A model generated the notes under the pieces. The model was not told the DNA's origin, did not search any database, and was given only the letters and a program-made list of their open reading frames with translations. Source: a virus. From it: 64,000 nucleotides of DNA. A program made the translations under genes and the position numbers. The stretch covers positions 1 to 64,000 of IMG/VR virus record IMGVR_UViG_3300015360_000032; one strand, given 5' to 3'. Of the stretch, positions 45,901-55,197 are shown piece by piece (within the stretch, counting starts at the first letter, position 1; each line of letters begins with the position of its first letter).

Positions 45901-46789
45901 GCCACTCTCGGTCCAGCGGCGGACTAATAGTTACCGTATCGTCGGTCGAGGAGACAATTTCGTATGCTCTGCCCTCTAGCGCATCTGGGCTCAGCAGGAC
46001 AAGATATTCAGCTTTGTCGTATTCACGATATTTAGCATCAACACTGATGATTGTTTGGCCGACACCCAGCCCAGTGGGGTATACAGCACGCTGGGAGGCC
46101 CCCCACGTCTTACCAGAAAGGGAGTGAAGTGTATCCCAGGTGATACCGTCATTGGAGCCCTGTAAATTGAACGATGTAGGGTAAATCCCAAGAACGTCGG
46201 CGGCACTACCGATTGCATAGGATCGAACTACCTGAGCTTGACCTAAATCAATCTGAAGCCAGTGCGGCGGCGGAGTCCCAAACAGAAACAACGATTGACT
46301 AAATCCTAGGTAATTTTCGTCAGTAATTTCATTTTGGAATACAGTTATTCCGCCTTGTGTGCTAGATGCAGTTATAAAAGTTTTTCTGCCGGGCGTCAGA
46401 TTTGTCCCCGTACCGTCAGAATTTAGCCGTAGCTCAAACTCAGCAAGCCCGGAATAGCTCGCGGCATAGCCGGCCAAAATATTTAGCTTGAAGTAGCGGT
46501 AAGCCCTCTCTCTCAGTCTAGAGACTTGATGCCACCGAGGGACGATCCAGAATGGCGTATGAACCGCCGACATCAGTACATCGAAGTGCTGTCGATTCTT
46601 CTTATCGATCAGGAACGTCGCTTCGAAGGATCGGCGCGGCCAGACCCTTCTGGCAATTCTCTGCTCTTCCGTTGATTCACTGCTCTTTAGAATGTCCGTC
46701 TTCCACTCAAGCCGTTCAAGTACCCCATTCTCCCAGTTGGGGCGGAAGGGAAAGAGGGGAGGATTAGTGACAGACATTTCATCTTCCAA
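42926..46789 (-). CDS. Distal-tail-like protein with inserted discoidin, SPRY-like and LamG-like domains and a polyproline linker
   Basis: PNW...ERLEWKTD..EQR; WLQIDLG...LQGSNDG; GKVYWEV; LRGR...WLPTF; lies directly after the tape measure. Confidence 0.75.
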   Translation of the reverse strand: MEDEMSVTNPPLFPFRPNWENGVLERLEWKTDILKSSESTEEQRIARRVWPRRSFEATFLIDKKNRQHFDVLMSAVHTPFWIVPRWHQVSRLRERAYRYFKLNILAGYAASYSGLAEFELRLNSDGTGTNLTPGRKTFITASSTQGGITVFQNEITDENYLGFSQSLFLFGTPPPHWLQIDLGQAQVVRSYAIGSAADVLGIYPTSFNLQGSNDGITWDTLHSLSGKTWGASQRAVYPTGLGVGQTIISVDAKYREYDKAEYLVLLSPDALEGRAYEIVSSTDDTVTISPPLDREWPLTTLVYPASIAYISEQTKAAKKSDELFEVSMRFDYRENNKYPYTVVDSPDVFWVSSGVPVLSNNNKTATIGGFINSSPHTYHNVTGNRFSNSTGKVYWEVFVHDQSSASNDVGWCGFVTAAGHRLACIYQGLILESIGAVPNIYSLGGSNPFSMATQWSGPRTLMFAVDIELGHIWLGRDGAWALWSGSESGALPDPATDFKPYSTLTSFAGAAIKPELYHLPHIPTFTCTLHSTAAEMTYPIPAGFTAINESSAASAFDATLGGIPILTQRPDDSEDLSFEYGQQFLIIDNGISLPSIMNPSNATYSSIAYRWSFKGVEANHDLRKLLYYLRGRHTSIWLPTFMSDFTVVEAIPNGQASFVIRNIGYTANLALQEGRNRILIQLRNGTNIVRRITDSLVIDADTEAIGVNSAFSQTIEINDIRCISYLALGHLDLDSIEINHKADTEGLTQCVVVWSFPGQAIGTPPVLTGGGNNYWDFEDGVPPATTICIPNFLFRDTFTGTAGTAITAHTPDIAPTTFQWRPWPANPSDVIILDGTGSVSSSAAGAHTTPGELVVGGIGTAVNIPITVPFEINFQAHSTYNGSPTSYDAFGYFLFNIGISGSAVVYWYSNRADLGASYLEITIRNRTGGEEFSLYEAVAPTGPGAINVTIRVDTYTISVLLDGVLAFTGSLASTPWFNSNINYIEMGSTNDAGYTMFHDAVSIKQLCPPPPSPPPPPPPPPPPPPPPPPPPPPQSSLWRYNGPNTASCGAPVSGYTYGSPAAAVEAEIDHWATCYGGAGFCIALTWQFIATGTQTPPALTGSVQSLQVQYLCNGAGQQGTVETLGFPPVVSTPPAGAVIIGGVVPAPPPGVVNPIPVFDINDEVLLPSSASCGVYFYTDGALSTTGNGSASGSSWYSSILAGVGNTHWVKLTVTSGTPPSSPISAATGVWLQLTTLRQWIWNLNSPGYRSNVVKIDIATAPSDAAIVASVSDLAVVLLVDYKLISKR
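43690..43769 (-). repeat. GGCGGA hexamer run encoding about 25 prolines
   Basis: Read directly. Confidence 0.9.
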
Positions 46790-49700
46790 TCATTTGCCGA
46801 AGCGTTGACCTGTTCCGCGAAACGAAGTTGAGTAACACTTGTTCGCCCTGCGCTGAAGACATTGCATCCGGAACAAACTTCGGATCAGTGACGAGAACGC
46901 TTCTGATGCTAACCTCTTTGCCCGAAGCTCCTGCGGTAAGCGCAGTGTCAATCGATTGATTCTGGCGCTCCGTCAACACGGTTTCTGCCTTCTCCAAAAT
47001 CGCGGGCACTTCGTTGGACTTAAGACCTGATACCTTGTTCACACCATCGTGAAACTTTTGGGCATTCTTGAAGACCGCAGGGTTCACCAACCTCTGACGA
47101 CCGCCGTTGGCAACATCGCCACCTTCGTGGAAGAAAGATGCGAACAAACCAACGAGGGAACCAATGCCCCCGCCCCCGCCCGCTCCACCACCGCTGAAAA
47201 GTCCGCTGAATAGATCACTTAACGACGAGCCCAGACCTTCGAAGACGCTGAGGAGCGTATCGGTGAGCTTGAACAAAACATCGTCAATTTGAGTGATGAA
47301 GCTGTTCAGCATTCCAGTGATGCCCCCCGGTGCATTGGGGTCGGGCGGGCCAATGTTCGGGTCCGCAGTCTTGGTCACGTTGCCTAGTGGAGTTTTGCGC
47401 GGGTCGGGGATCAGCGTGCCATCGACGTTCTTCACGTAGAAGGGATTGATCGGTGAGCCGTCTGCCTTGCCAGTGAAACCTCCCGAGCTTCCCGGCGTCG
47501 TGCCCACTCCGAACAAGCCACCGATACCACTGATAATTCCACCCAACCCAGGGAACACCGCATTAAACAGGCCGGTAATGGGATTGCCGCCTTGCACCTG
47601 AGAGGATGCGCCAGTGCTTGTATTACCTGCGTTATTGACGACATTACCAAGTGTGCTAGCTGTCCCCGCCAGAGCATCAAAGTTTCTAACGTAGATAGGA
47701 TCGACAGCAGTGCCTAGCGGACCATTGCCATCAGGCTTTTGCAGAACTTTCTGGAAGAACCCGCCGACGCCGCCTGCGCCCCCACTACCAATGCCTCTGA
47801 TAATTTCTTCAGCAATTTTATCCGCGAAGAGCTTCTGGACAGAGCCGACAACACTTCGCAAAAAGTCCTTGACAACATCCTTGAACTTGTCAATGCCAAT
47901 GCGTTGCAATGCGTCCGACAAGCTGTCGGTGATCGACTTGTTCAGGTCGCGGGCAACCTTGTCTGTCTCCAGGAAAAGCTGCTGAAGCTTCAAACGTAGT
48001 GCATCGATCTGAGCGATCTGACGGTCCATGACATCCTGGGTAACCCCTTCAGTCAATTTCAGAACGTCGAGTTGCTTTTGGTAGAGGCGAATTTGCTCCT
48101 CAATTTTCGGGATCGTTTGCTGCACAACATCAGCGTAAGCACGCTCCGCTTCTTGTGCAGTAATAGAGCCGGTGGCCCGAGCAATGTCAATACGCTGTTG
48201 ATCCTGCCCGAGCTTGGTGTACACCCGCTCCATTGCATTCGTGATGGGCTGGATAGAAGACTCGAAAGCCTTTACGTTCAAGCTAGCTAGCAATGCCTCT
48301 GCCAAGTCTCCGCGCCCATTAGCCCGAAGCTCATCAACGAACTTTTGCTGAGCGCCTAACAGAGCATCAAAGTTGGCAGCAAAAATCTGATCAACGTTTT
48401 GCGGCAGGAAGCCATCAGTGAATAGGGTAGCCGTGAGTTGCTTGGCGGACTGTGCAAACTGCTGTTGCGCCTGTTCGATATTGAACTTGATGTCAACGGG
48501 AATTTCCAGGCGGCGCTGCTCAAGCACCTTAAGGTCGCCCTTGGTTCTCTCAAGATCAGTTTCTAGGCGTACTTTCTCAGAGCCCTTGAGTTTCGGCTTT
48601 GTTAGCTCGAACTCAGCCGCCGCCTTGTCCGAATTTTTTCTCTTAATCTCTGCGTCGATGTTAGCAATCTCAATGCGTTGCTTCTCCTTATAGAAACTTG
48701 AAATCGATATCAAACCCTCGTCGTACAGTTTTTGATCCGCTGCCGCCAATTGTTTGTTGATTCCCTCCTTAAGCTTCAGTTCATTCTCGGCTACAACTTT
48801 CTTGAAAGCGAGTTGGGCTCTAGCCAGTTTGCGAGCCTCGGACTCCTCCCCTCCTCCCGTTTTCGCCGGAGCGGCAAGCCCACCCGTGGCCTTCCCGTCG
48901 GGTACTTGGGCATTTTTACCCGTGAACCCTTTGGCGGTCTTTATCTTCAGGGCATTGATTAGTCCCTCTGCTTCGGCCTGCGCAAGTGTAAAGAAGGTAG
49001 AACCGGGCAGAGCGGTCAAGGCATCTTTTGCGGCCTTGGAGATTCCAGGCATTGAGAGCAGTGTCTTAATGAAGGTATCCATGCTCAGCTTCAGGCTGTC
49101 CAGTGCTACTCGCTGATCTTTCACCTGGGCGTTAGTCTCCTCCGCAGTTTTCTTGGCCGCATCCCCCCCACTTTGTGCGGCAGCTATTTGTGTTTTATAC
49201 AATTCCGTAAGCCTCTCAATCTCCGTTTGTGCCTTAACGACAGGAATTAGGTAGGCGTTTACAACTCTCACTGTCTCGTCAGTGAACATGCTTTGGATGA
49301 GCGGCGCTATCGCCTGAAATGCAGCCCCTGTTCTATTCGCAGTGTCCGCGACTCCCTGCAAACGCGCGCTATAGGCATCCATTTGATCCCGCGCTTTAAC
49401 CTGAGTCGCCTCTAGGGCTTCGATGTCCTTTTTCAGAAATTCGACCGGCCCCTTCAGGGCAGGGTTGTTGGGCTGCCTAGCGGACACTCGAAGGGCATCG
49501 TTCAGGTCTTCTTGACGCTGTAGAAGCCTGTTTCGGCCTTCAATCAGGGCCTGCTCCTGAATACGGATCAGGTCTTCAATGTTCTTTCTCTCTTCCTCCC
49601 CGATTTTCTTTGTTTGATTAGGGTCGCTCGCGGCAAGAATAGAACCTAGCTGCTTGGTTGCAGTCTCTCTCTGTTGCGGGCTGTCTGACCGCGCTGCTTG

Positions 49701-52184
49701 CTGAACGATCTTGTCCACTTTCTGGGTATCAAGCTCTCCGCGCACATCAAGGTTTTCGCGCAATGCTTTTGTCTGTGCTTCAATCGCTTCTGTCTGCGCT
49801 ACCCACTTTTTCTTCGCCTCTTCGACAGCGATAGCTTGGTCCCTGTTCGCCTTGGACGTAAGGCCAATGGCATCGGTCAGACGCTGGAAAAGAGGAGACA
49901 GTTTATCGATGATGCCGAGCATGTCGGCAATGGTGAATAGGATACTCACCCAGAAAAACGCCCCTGCCGCAATACGAGCCAGACCGAGCAAGCCGCTTGC
50001 AATGGTACGCATAGCAATACCAAGACTATTAAATGCAGTCTTGGCGGCATTCGTAGCGGTGGTAAGCGCGAAGACTTTACTTGTCGCCCCAGATACGGCT
50101 GCGCCCGCTGTACCTGCCTCTGCTGCCAAGTTTGAGGCGTTGTTAGCTCTGGTATTTTTGCGGGTATTAAGACCGTCTAGTGTGCCGTTTCTCTGGATTA
50201 GAGCAAGACGCTGTGCATTGGTTTGTTTCTGTAGCTCTGCATTATCGATAGCCGCTTGCCTAGCGTAATACGCCTGTGTCGAGCGAATCTGCCTATCGTA
50301 GGAAGCCTGAGTCAGCGCGATCTGGTTTGCTTTCTCAGCTTGGAGTGAGGCAAGTCCCTTGCGTGTACCTGTAGCATCAATGACGGCGCGGTCAGCGTTA
50401 TACTTTGTTTGAATCTGAATCAAACGTTGCTGCTTCAGAGTTTCCGCAGCCGCAATTTTCTCGGCTAACACCTTTTGCTGTTGAACAACAGCCGCGGCTT
50501 GTCTTGCTTCGGCATCGCGCAGAGCTTGACGCTGCGCCGAGGCATTGGCAGAGGCAGTAGCAATGCGCGGGTCTAGTGCGGTGACGGAAGACTGCGCTTG
50601 AAATTTTTGCTGTTCTTTATTCTTGAAAGCAAGCTGTGCAGCCTGCAACTCCCCCTGGGCTACTTTCTGTCTATCAATCGAAGCGTTGTATGTGTTTTGT
50701 AATGCGACGGCTTCTTTAATCCCTAGCGCGGTGAGTGCCCAGTTCTTGACTATTGAACCGGACAGTGTACCTTGCGTAGCTAGGGCTCCTGCGCTGGCGG
50801 TACTTAGTTTGCCTGTTGCTACGGTGGCGGCTGTTGCCCCGATTGCAATCGATTTCAAAGTCACACCAAACAAGCTGAACTTGCCGACGATGCCAATGAT
50901 CGTCTCTGCAAGCTTCAGGCTGATGAAGACCTGGAGAACGCGGATGAAGTTATCCCAGTTAATATTGAATCCCGCGACTACCTTGATAGCAGTAGCGAAG
51001 AATCCTATGAGCCCGCCTATAGCAGCGACTGCGGTGTCAACGAACGTCCTGACCCCCGGGGTTTGCAATGCGGCAGAAAGTTCCCGGGTGTACCTAGTTA
51101 ATGGCTCAAGCAAAGCATTGGCACTATCCGTACCAAGTTTGAACAACGTGTTGCGAAGAATTTCCGCTTGCTTGTTAAGCGTGTTGAGGACAACAGACTG
51201 CTCTTTGATGGCAGAGAGTCCCGACTTGCCCTCAGTGGCGGATTCAAAGTTCTTTGTCAGAACCGTATTGTTTACGTCTTGAATTAGCTTATTGATTAGC
51301 GCGCCAATTCGCCCGCCGCCAAAAAGCTTAACGATTTGCGCTTGTTGATCCTGCGGCTTGAGCTTGCGCAAGCCATCGAGGACAAGCTTGATTGTGCTTA
51401 GACCGTCTGCTTTAAGCAGGCCGATAAAGTCGTCTGCCGATCCCGCGAACCCAACACCCGCCCTGTTCAAGATCGCGGCAAACTTGTCCGCATCCTCAAA
51501 CATGGAGGAGAAAACCTTGGTAAACGAGGTGCCAACCACTTCAGCCGATTGGCCGAAGTCCAAACCCGTTGCGGCCAGCGCGGCTACCTGATCTAGCTTA
51601 AGAGAGCCCGCTGCATCACCGATCCGCCGAATAACGTCCAACAAGTCTTTGCCGTTGGCGGTAGAGTTGTTCGATACCTCATTGAAGATGGATACCGCGT
51701 TTTCCACCTCTTTCAGCGGTACCTTGAAGATGTTGACGATCTTGCCGATATTATCGCCAGCCTCTTCGGCGGTAATATCGAGCACAGATGCCATGCGTTG
51801 CACCGCGTCCGTGAACGCCACAACACCTTCAACCCCGAATCGGCCTAGACCCTGCTCGCCGGCAATGGCTGCGATCTTCGCAAGGTCGAGCGCGGAGATG
51901 TTTGTCCTCAGGGACATATCCAGCAAGGCAGTGCCAAGCTGATCAATACTTCCCTTTGTCTTGGCTAGCTCACCGCGCGTGAAGTCGGTGGTCTTTGAGA
52001 CGTTCGCCAATGCCTCTTCAAAGTCAGCCGCAGCCCGGATAGGCGCAGTGCTGATCCGAAGAGCCGCGAGCGAGGCACTGATGGCCCCGACTACGCGGAT
52101 GATTCTGGATTCAAGTTTGCTGAGGTCGGGGCTGAGTTCGTCTCGACCCCGGATTACTACGTCGATCTGGCTGGTTTGGGCCAT
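46779..52184 (-). CDS. Tape measure protein (TP901 family)
   Basis: 1801 aa, helical and Ala-rich; AADFEEALANVSKT core; FHEGG...EVPAIL C-terminus. Confidence 0.93.
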   Translation of the reverse strand: MAQTSQIDVVIRGRDELSPDLSKLESRIIRVVGAISASLAALRISTAPIRAAADFEEALANVSKTTDFTRGELAKTKGSIDQLGTALLDMSLRTNISALDLAKIAAIAGEQGLGRFGVEGVVAFTDAVQRMASVLDITAEEAGDNIGKIVNIFKVPLKEVENAVSIFNEVSNNSTANGKDLLDVIRRIGDAAGSLKLDQVAALAATGLDFGQSAEVVGTSFTKVFSSMFEDADKFAAILNRAGVGFAGSADDFIGLLKADGLSTIKLVLDGLRKLKPQDQQAQIVKLFGGGRIGALINKLIQDVNNTVLTKNFESATEGKSGLSAIKEQSVVLNTLNKQAEILRNTLFKLGTDSANALLEPLTRYTRELSAALQTPGVRTFVDTAVAAIGGLIGFFATAIKVVAGFNINWDNFIRVLQVFISLKLAETIIGIVGKFSLFGVTLKSIAIGATAATVATGKLSTASAGALATQGTLSGSIVKNWALTALGIKEAVALQNTYNASIDRQKVAQGELQAAQLAFKNKEQQKFQAQSSVTALDPRIATASANASAQRQALRDAEARQAAAVVQQQKVLAEKIAAAETLKQQRLIQIQTKYNADRAVIDATGTRKGLASLQAEKANQIALTQASYDRQIRSTQAYYARQAAIDNAELQKQTNAQRLALIQRNGTLDGLNTRKNTRANNASNLAAEAGTAGAAVSGATSKVFALTTATNAAKTAFNSLGIAMRTIASGLLGLARIAAGAFFWVSILFTIADMLGIIDKLSPLFQRLTDAIGLTSKANRDQAIAVEEAKKKWVAQTEAIEAQTKALRENLDVRGELDTQKVDKIVQQAARSDSPQQRETATKQLGSILAASDPNQTKKIGEEERKNIEDLIRIQEQALIEGRNRLLQRQEDLNDALRVSARQPNNPALKGPVEFLKKDIEALEATQVKARDQMDAYSARLQGVADTANRTGAAFQAIAPLIQSMFTDETVRVVNAYLIPVVKAQTEIERLTELYKTQIAAAQSGGDAAKKTAEETNAQVKDQRVALDSLKLSMDTFIKTLLSMPGISKAAKDALTALPGSTFFTLAQAEAEGLINALKIKTAKGFTGKNAQVPDGKATGGLAAPAKTGGGEESEARKLARAQLAFKKVVAENELKLKEGINKQLAAADQKLYDEGLISISSFYKEKQRIEIANIDAEIKRKNSDKAAAEFELTKPKLKGSEKVRLETDLERTKGDLKVLEQRRLEIPVDIKFNIEQAQQQFAQSAKQLTATLFTDGFLPQNVDQIFAANFDALLGAQQKFVDELRANGRGDLAEALLASLNVKAFESSIQPITNAMERVYTKLGQDQQRIDIARATGSITAQEAERAYADVVQQTIPKIEEQIRLYQKQLDVLKLTEGVTQDVMDRQIAQIDALRLKLQQLFLETDKVARDLNKSITDSLSDALQRIGIDKFKDVVKDFLRSVVGSVQKLFADKIAEEIIRGIGSGGAGGVGGFFQKVLQKPDGNGPLGTAVDPIYVRNFDALAGTASTLGNVVNNAGNTSTGASSQVQGGNPITGLFNAVFPGLGGIISGIGGLFGVGTTPGSSGGFTGKADGSPINPFYVKNVDGTLIPDPRKTPLGNVTKTADPNIGPPDPNAPGGITGMLNSFITQIDDVLFKLTDTLLSVFEGLGSSLSDLFSGLFSGGGAGGGGGIGSLVGLFASFFHEGGDVANGGRQRLVNPAVFKNAQKFHDGVNKVSGLKSNEVPAILEKAETVLTERQNQSIDTALTAGASGKEVSIRSVLVTDPKFVPDAMSSAQGEQVLLNFVSRNRSTLRQMIGR

Positions 52185-52548
52185 GTTCTTTCACTCCTGC
52201 GGCTACTGCCTCAAGCAAATGCGTGTGCATAGTCACAGGAGATGGTTGCCTATCAGAGAACATGCTACCTACGACAGTAGCTAGGTCGGTGACTGTAGCC
52301 GTTCTCTCCTGTGCATCAATTTCTACTATCGCTTCCAGACACATCATAAATCTGGATATCGGGTAGTCCCTGATGTCTCGGAGGCTATGGCCTTTCTGCA
52401 CTAGCCTATTCACTGACTGATTCAACCAACGTGCTTCACTCAGGGTGTAGCCTTCCCCGTCCCTTTTCTCATGTCTTTGAGGGAATTTTTGCTTGCCCAC
52501 AACTTTGTGAAGACCATCAATGTCGGGGGCAAGCTCCGGGAAAAAAAA
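52111..52548 (-). CDS. Tail assembly chaperone T segment, reached by -1 frameshift
   Basis: The -1 frame is open from the T8 run (52541-52548) into ORF 52111..52500. Confidence 0.7.
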   Translation of the reverse strand, partial: FFFPELAPDIDGLHKVVGKQKFPQRHEKRDGEGYTLSEARWLNQSVNRLVQKGHSLRDIRDYPISRFMMCLEAIVEIDAQERTATVTDLATVVGSMFSDRQPSPVTMHTHLLEAVAAGVKEHGPNQPDRRSNPGSRRTQPRPQQT

Positions 52549-53036
52549 TGGTAATTCACCAGGAAGACGGTGCCCACCACTAGAGCCCCTTCGTCTGCCG
52601 TAAGATCACCGAATTCGTCTTCGTCAATGCTGGCGAAGGTAGCGATGAGTTCGGGGACGATTTCCAGGGAGGCCGCGAGCAAGGCCATGAGGAGACTGAC
52701 GTTTCCGAGAGCCTTGCCCACAACCTCCTCAGAGGTGAGGAAAGATAGATCGACCTTCGAGGGGTCTTTGCCCGCCGAGATTGCAGCGCGTTGCGCGGTT
52801 GCAAAGAGGTCGATCAGATCAGCAAGTTGCCGCTTGTCCAGAGCATCCAGAATTCTCTGGAAGAACTTCATGAGCAAGGGAAGCTGCTTCATGGTGGCGG
52901 GGTAAATCCTTACCTCCCGCCCCCGAAACTTGACGGTGTTATCGTGTTCGTCGAACAGAATTCCCGCAGCTAAGGAGATGTCCGTACCGGAGTCATGATC
53001 GGATGACTCGGTTAGAGACGGAGTGGTTTCCAGCAT
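52440..53036 (-). CDS. Tail assembly chaperone G
   Basis: Between major tail and tape measure; carries slippery CAT TTT TTT TCC. Confidence 0.75.
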   Translation of the reverse strand: MLETTPSLTESSDHDSGTDISLAAGILFDEHDNTVKFRGREVRIYPATMKQLPLLMKFFQRILDALDKRQLADLIDLFATAQRAAISAGKDPSKVDLSFLTSEEVVGKALGNVSLLMALLAASLEIVPELIATFASIDEDEFGDLTADEGALVVGTVFLVNYHFFSRSLPPTLMVFTKLWASKNSLKDMRKGTGKATP

Positions 53037-53313
53037 TGTTTGTACCCTTAGGCGACATGTACCGCCGCAACTTTTCAACAGGGCTAAGGGCTTCTACCCG
53101 ATCTAACAGCGCTTCGGTCTCATCCACCTTCTTCGCTATTGAACCGGAACCTTCTCCCAACCTAAAGGGACGTGCCGCATTTGATCGCGCTAAAGACTTT
53201 TGATTCTTCTCGCTTAGTGCGTCAAACACATCCCCCGCCTTGTATTCTGCATTACCTAACAACACTTTTCCAAGAGCTAGCACGGGAAACGCAAATTTTG
53301 ACCTGTCTGTCAT
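52993..53313 (-). CDS. Hypothetical protein
   Basis: ORF with RBS after the terminator. Confidence 0.55.
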   Translation of the reverse strand: MTDRSKFAFPVLALGKVLLGNAEYKAGDVFDALSEKNQKSLARSNAARPFRLGEGSGSIAKKVDETEALLDRVEALSPVEKLRRYMSPKGTNNAGNHSVSNRVIRS

Positions 53314-53334
53314 GGTATTTCCTAAGTTAAAATG

Positions 53335-53363
53335 AAAAGGGCCGGGTAGATTATCCCGGCCCC
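53335..53363 (-). terminator. Terminator after the major tail gene
   Basis: GGGCCGGG-N8-CCCGGCCC-TTTT. Confidence 0.75.
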
Positions 53364-53385
53364 TGCTTTGAAATCAATTTCAAAG

Positions 53386-54171
53386 TTACGCGGCGATGCG
53401 GCGCTCGGTGAAATACTTCGACAACGCCGGGTTGGTAACCAGCGGGTCGGGCAGCATGGTGCCGCCGAATTCGCCAGAGCCCAACTCTTCGTTGATGAAC
53501 TCCATGCCAGTCAGCGGATCGAACGCAGCGCGCGGGATTTCGATCAGGCGGAACGTACCGTCAATCGTGTTCAGGCCTTCGAAGCGCAGGAAACGCTCCG
53601 GGGGCGTGCCCGTGGTAAACGACTCGATCTTGTCGTGCGTGGCGTACGTGTAATCGACCTCCACCATCTCGCCCGGGTCCGCATCAACTACGGTAGACGT
53701 AGAGCGGATGTAGACCATGCCGAACTCGAAGTCCACATGATAGTCCACACCTTCGACCAGAGCGGTCGGGGTCACAACCGTCATGATGCTCAGCGCCGAG
53801 ACATCCGGGAACTTCAGCGGGATGCCAAAGCCACGACGGGCAAGGTGGGCTTCATTCAGGACAGCCGCGCCGGTAACAGACGACCGCGAGCCGTACAGAC
53901 CGAGGGCCAGCAGATCGAGGGTCAGGGACTCAGAGGTGAACTTGAAGTTCGCCTTGCGCTCCTGGATGATCGTCAGGTCAACGGCACGCTCGCCGCTCAT
54001 CGATTCCTTGTGTTCGAACTTCGTGATTTCGATGTCGATGGACAGCGAGGTTACGTTACCGACGAAGACAACGTTCTTCCATTCGCCAGTGCTGGGGTTT
54101 CTATCGCCAATACCCAGACGGCCTTGACCGCTGTAGTAGTAGGACGTGGGGACAGGACGTACGGTAGGCAT
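53386..54171 (-). CDS. Major tail tube protein
   Basis: YYSGQG...VGNV..L...EHKESMSG...LRFEGLNT pattern. Confidence 0.88.
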   Translation of the reverse strand: MPTVRPVPTSYYYSGQGRLGIGDRNPSTGEWKNVVFVGNVTSLSIDIEITKFEHKESMSGERAVDLTIIQERKANFKFTSESLTLDLLALGLYGSRSSVTGAAVLNEAHLARRGFGIPLKFPDVSALSIMTVVTPTALVEGVDYHVDFEFGMVYIRSTSTVVDADPGEMVEVDYTYATHDKIESFTTGTPPERFLRFEGLNTIDGTFRLIEIPRAAFDPLTGMEFINEELGSGEFGGTMLPDPLVTNPALSKYFTERRIAA

Positions 54172-54193
54172 TTCGGAAATCTCCTTGGAGGGG

Positions 54194-54718
54194 TTAAGTA
54201 ACTATCGGGCCTACGGTGATCACCGCAACACGCCACACTTGTGCGTAATACAGCATCGTATCAGTAGACTCTGGGATGTTGGGTCCCTCTCTTGCAAACG
54301 CCCAAGTCCTGTTTGCAAGGTCCCCAGAAATGTGTGTACCAAGAATCCTGCGACGCAGAACCGTCAACAGTTTTGCGGCTTTCGCCCGCTCATCACACGT
54401 CTTGCCTGTAGGTACCGCGAGGATGATTTGAAATATGTAGTCAATGGTCTTTGCCGCCTGTCCACCGGCCACATTCAAATGATCCTTCGGGTTCGTTGTT
54501 ATCCTCGTCGGCTCAGCACCCGCATATGCTACCCCAACTCCGATCTTTTGGCACAGGTCTGTCTCTGTTTTGTTCTCTAAGTCGTCAATGCTGAACACGC
54601 CATACACAGTTTGAGCGATTCCGGCCGCAGTAACTGCAAGCTGAACCTTGTCAACTAGGTCCTGCTCCATGCGCGAGAGCATGTCATCATCAGCGTTTAG
54701 TCTTAGTACCGTAGCCAT
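54194..54718 (-). CDS. Tail terminator-like protein
   Basis: Position and size. Confidence 0.6.
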   Translation of the reverse strand: MATVLRLNADDDMLSRMEQDLVDKVQLAVTAAGIAQTVYGVFSIDDLENKTETDLCQKIGVGVAYAGAEPTRITTNPKDHLNVAGGQAAKTIDYIFQIILAVPTGKTCDERAKAAKLLTVLRRRILGTHISGDLANRTWAFAREGPNIPESTDTMLYYAQVWRVAVITVGPIVT

Positions 54719-55197
54719 CAGGCGCCCTCGATTTGTCTTGCTTTGCGTCTCATGAGGCTGTCAACCGCCCGCACATCCAGAGCCGCGATTCCTAGGAACC
54801 TGCGAGCCGGAATCCTGCCCGTGCCGTTGTTTTGCACTCGGGCGTATTCTGCAATGTCCGGGTCTTGAATACCGATGCGGAATCCGCCGCCCGTGTTGAT
54901 TGCGAAGCTGCCCAGGCCACCCACAACTCGACGGATCGAATTTCGTAGGTCTCTGGTGTTGACCAAAATCTTGCTGCCGCCGAAGTTTTTCTTTCGACGC
55001 TTTAGTGTGGCGTCGGACAGCGGAGCCCACGGTATCCCGTCTGGAGTCACTTCGCTGTCAAAACGCTGCAATGTGCGGCGAAGAATGAGGGCACCGACCT
55101 CCTCCGTGAGCGGCGGGAGTGCAGCCGTCCTACGGATTCTTGCTATACGGTCTCTGAGCTTATCGGCACCGCGAACGAATGGAGTATCCGTAGCCAT
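54718..55197 (-). CDS. Virion morphogenesis / tail completion protein (Phage_tail_S-like)
   Basis: PDG.PW.PLS..T...L..T..LRNSI...YA..Q..G...IPARRFLG. Confidence 0.85.
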   Translation of the reverse strand: MATDTPFVRGADKLRDRIARIRRTAALPPLTEEVGALILRRTLQRFDSEVTPDGIPWAPLSDATLKRRKKNFGGSKILVNTRDLRNSIRRVVGGLGSFAINTGGGFRIGIQDPDIAEYARVQNNGTGRIPARRFLGIAALDVRAVDSLMRRKARQIEGA

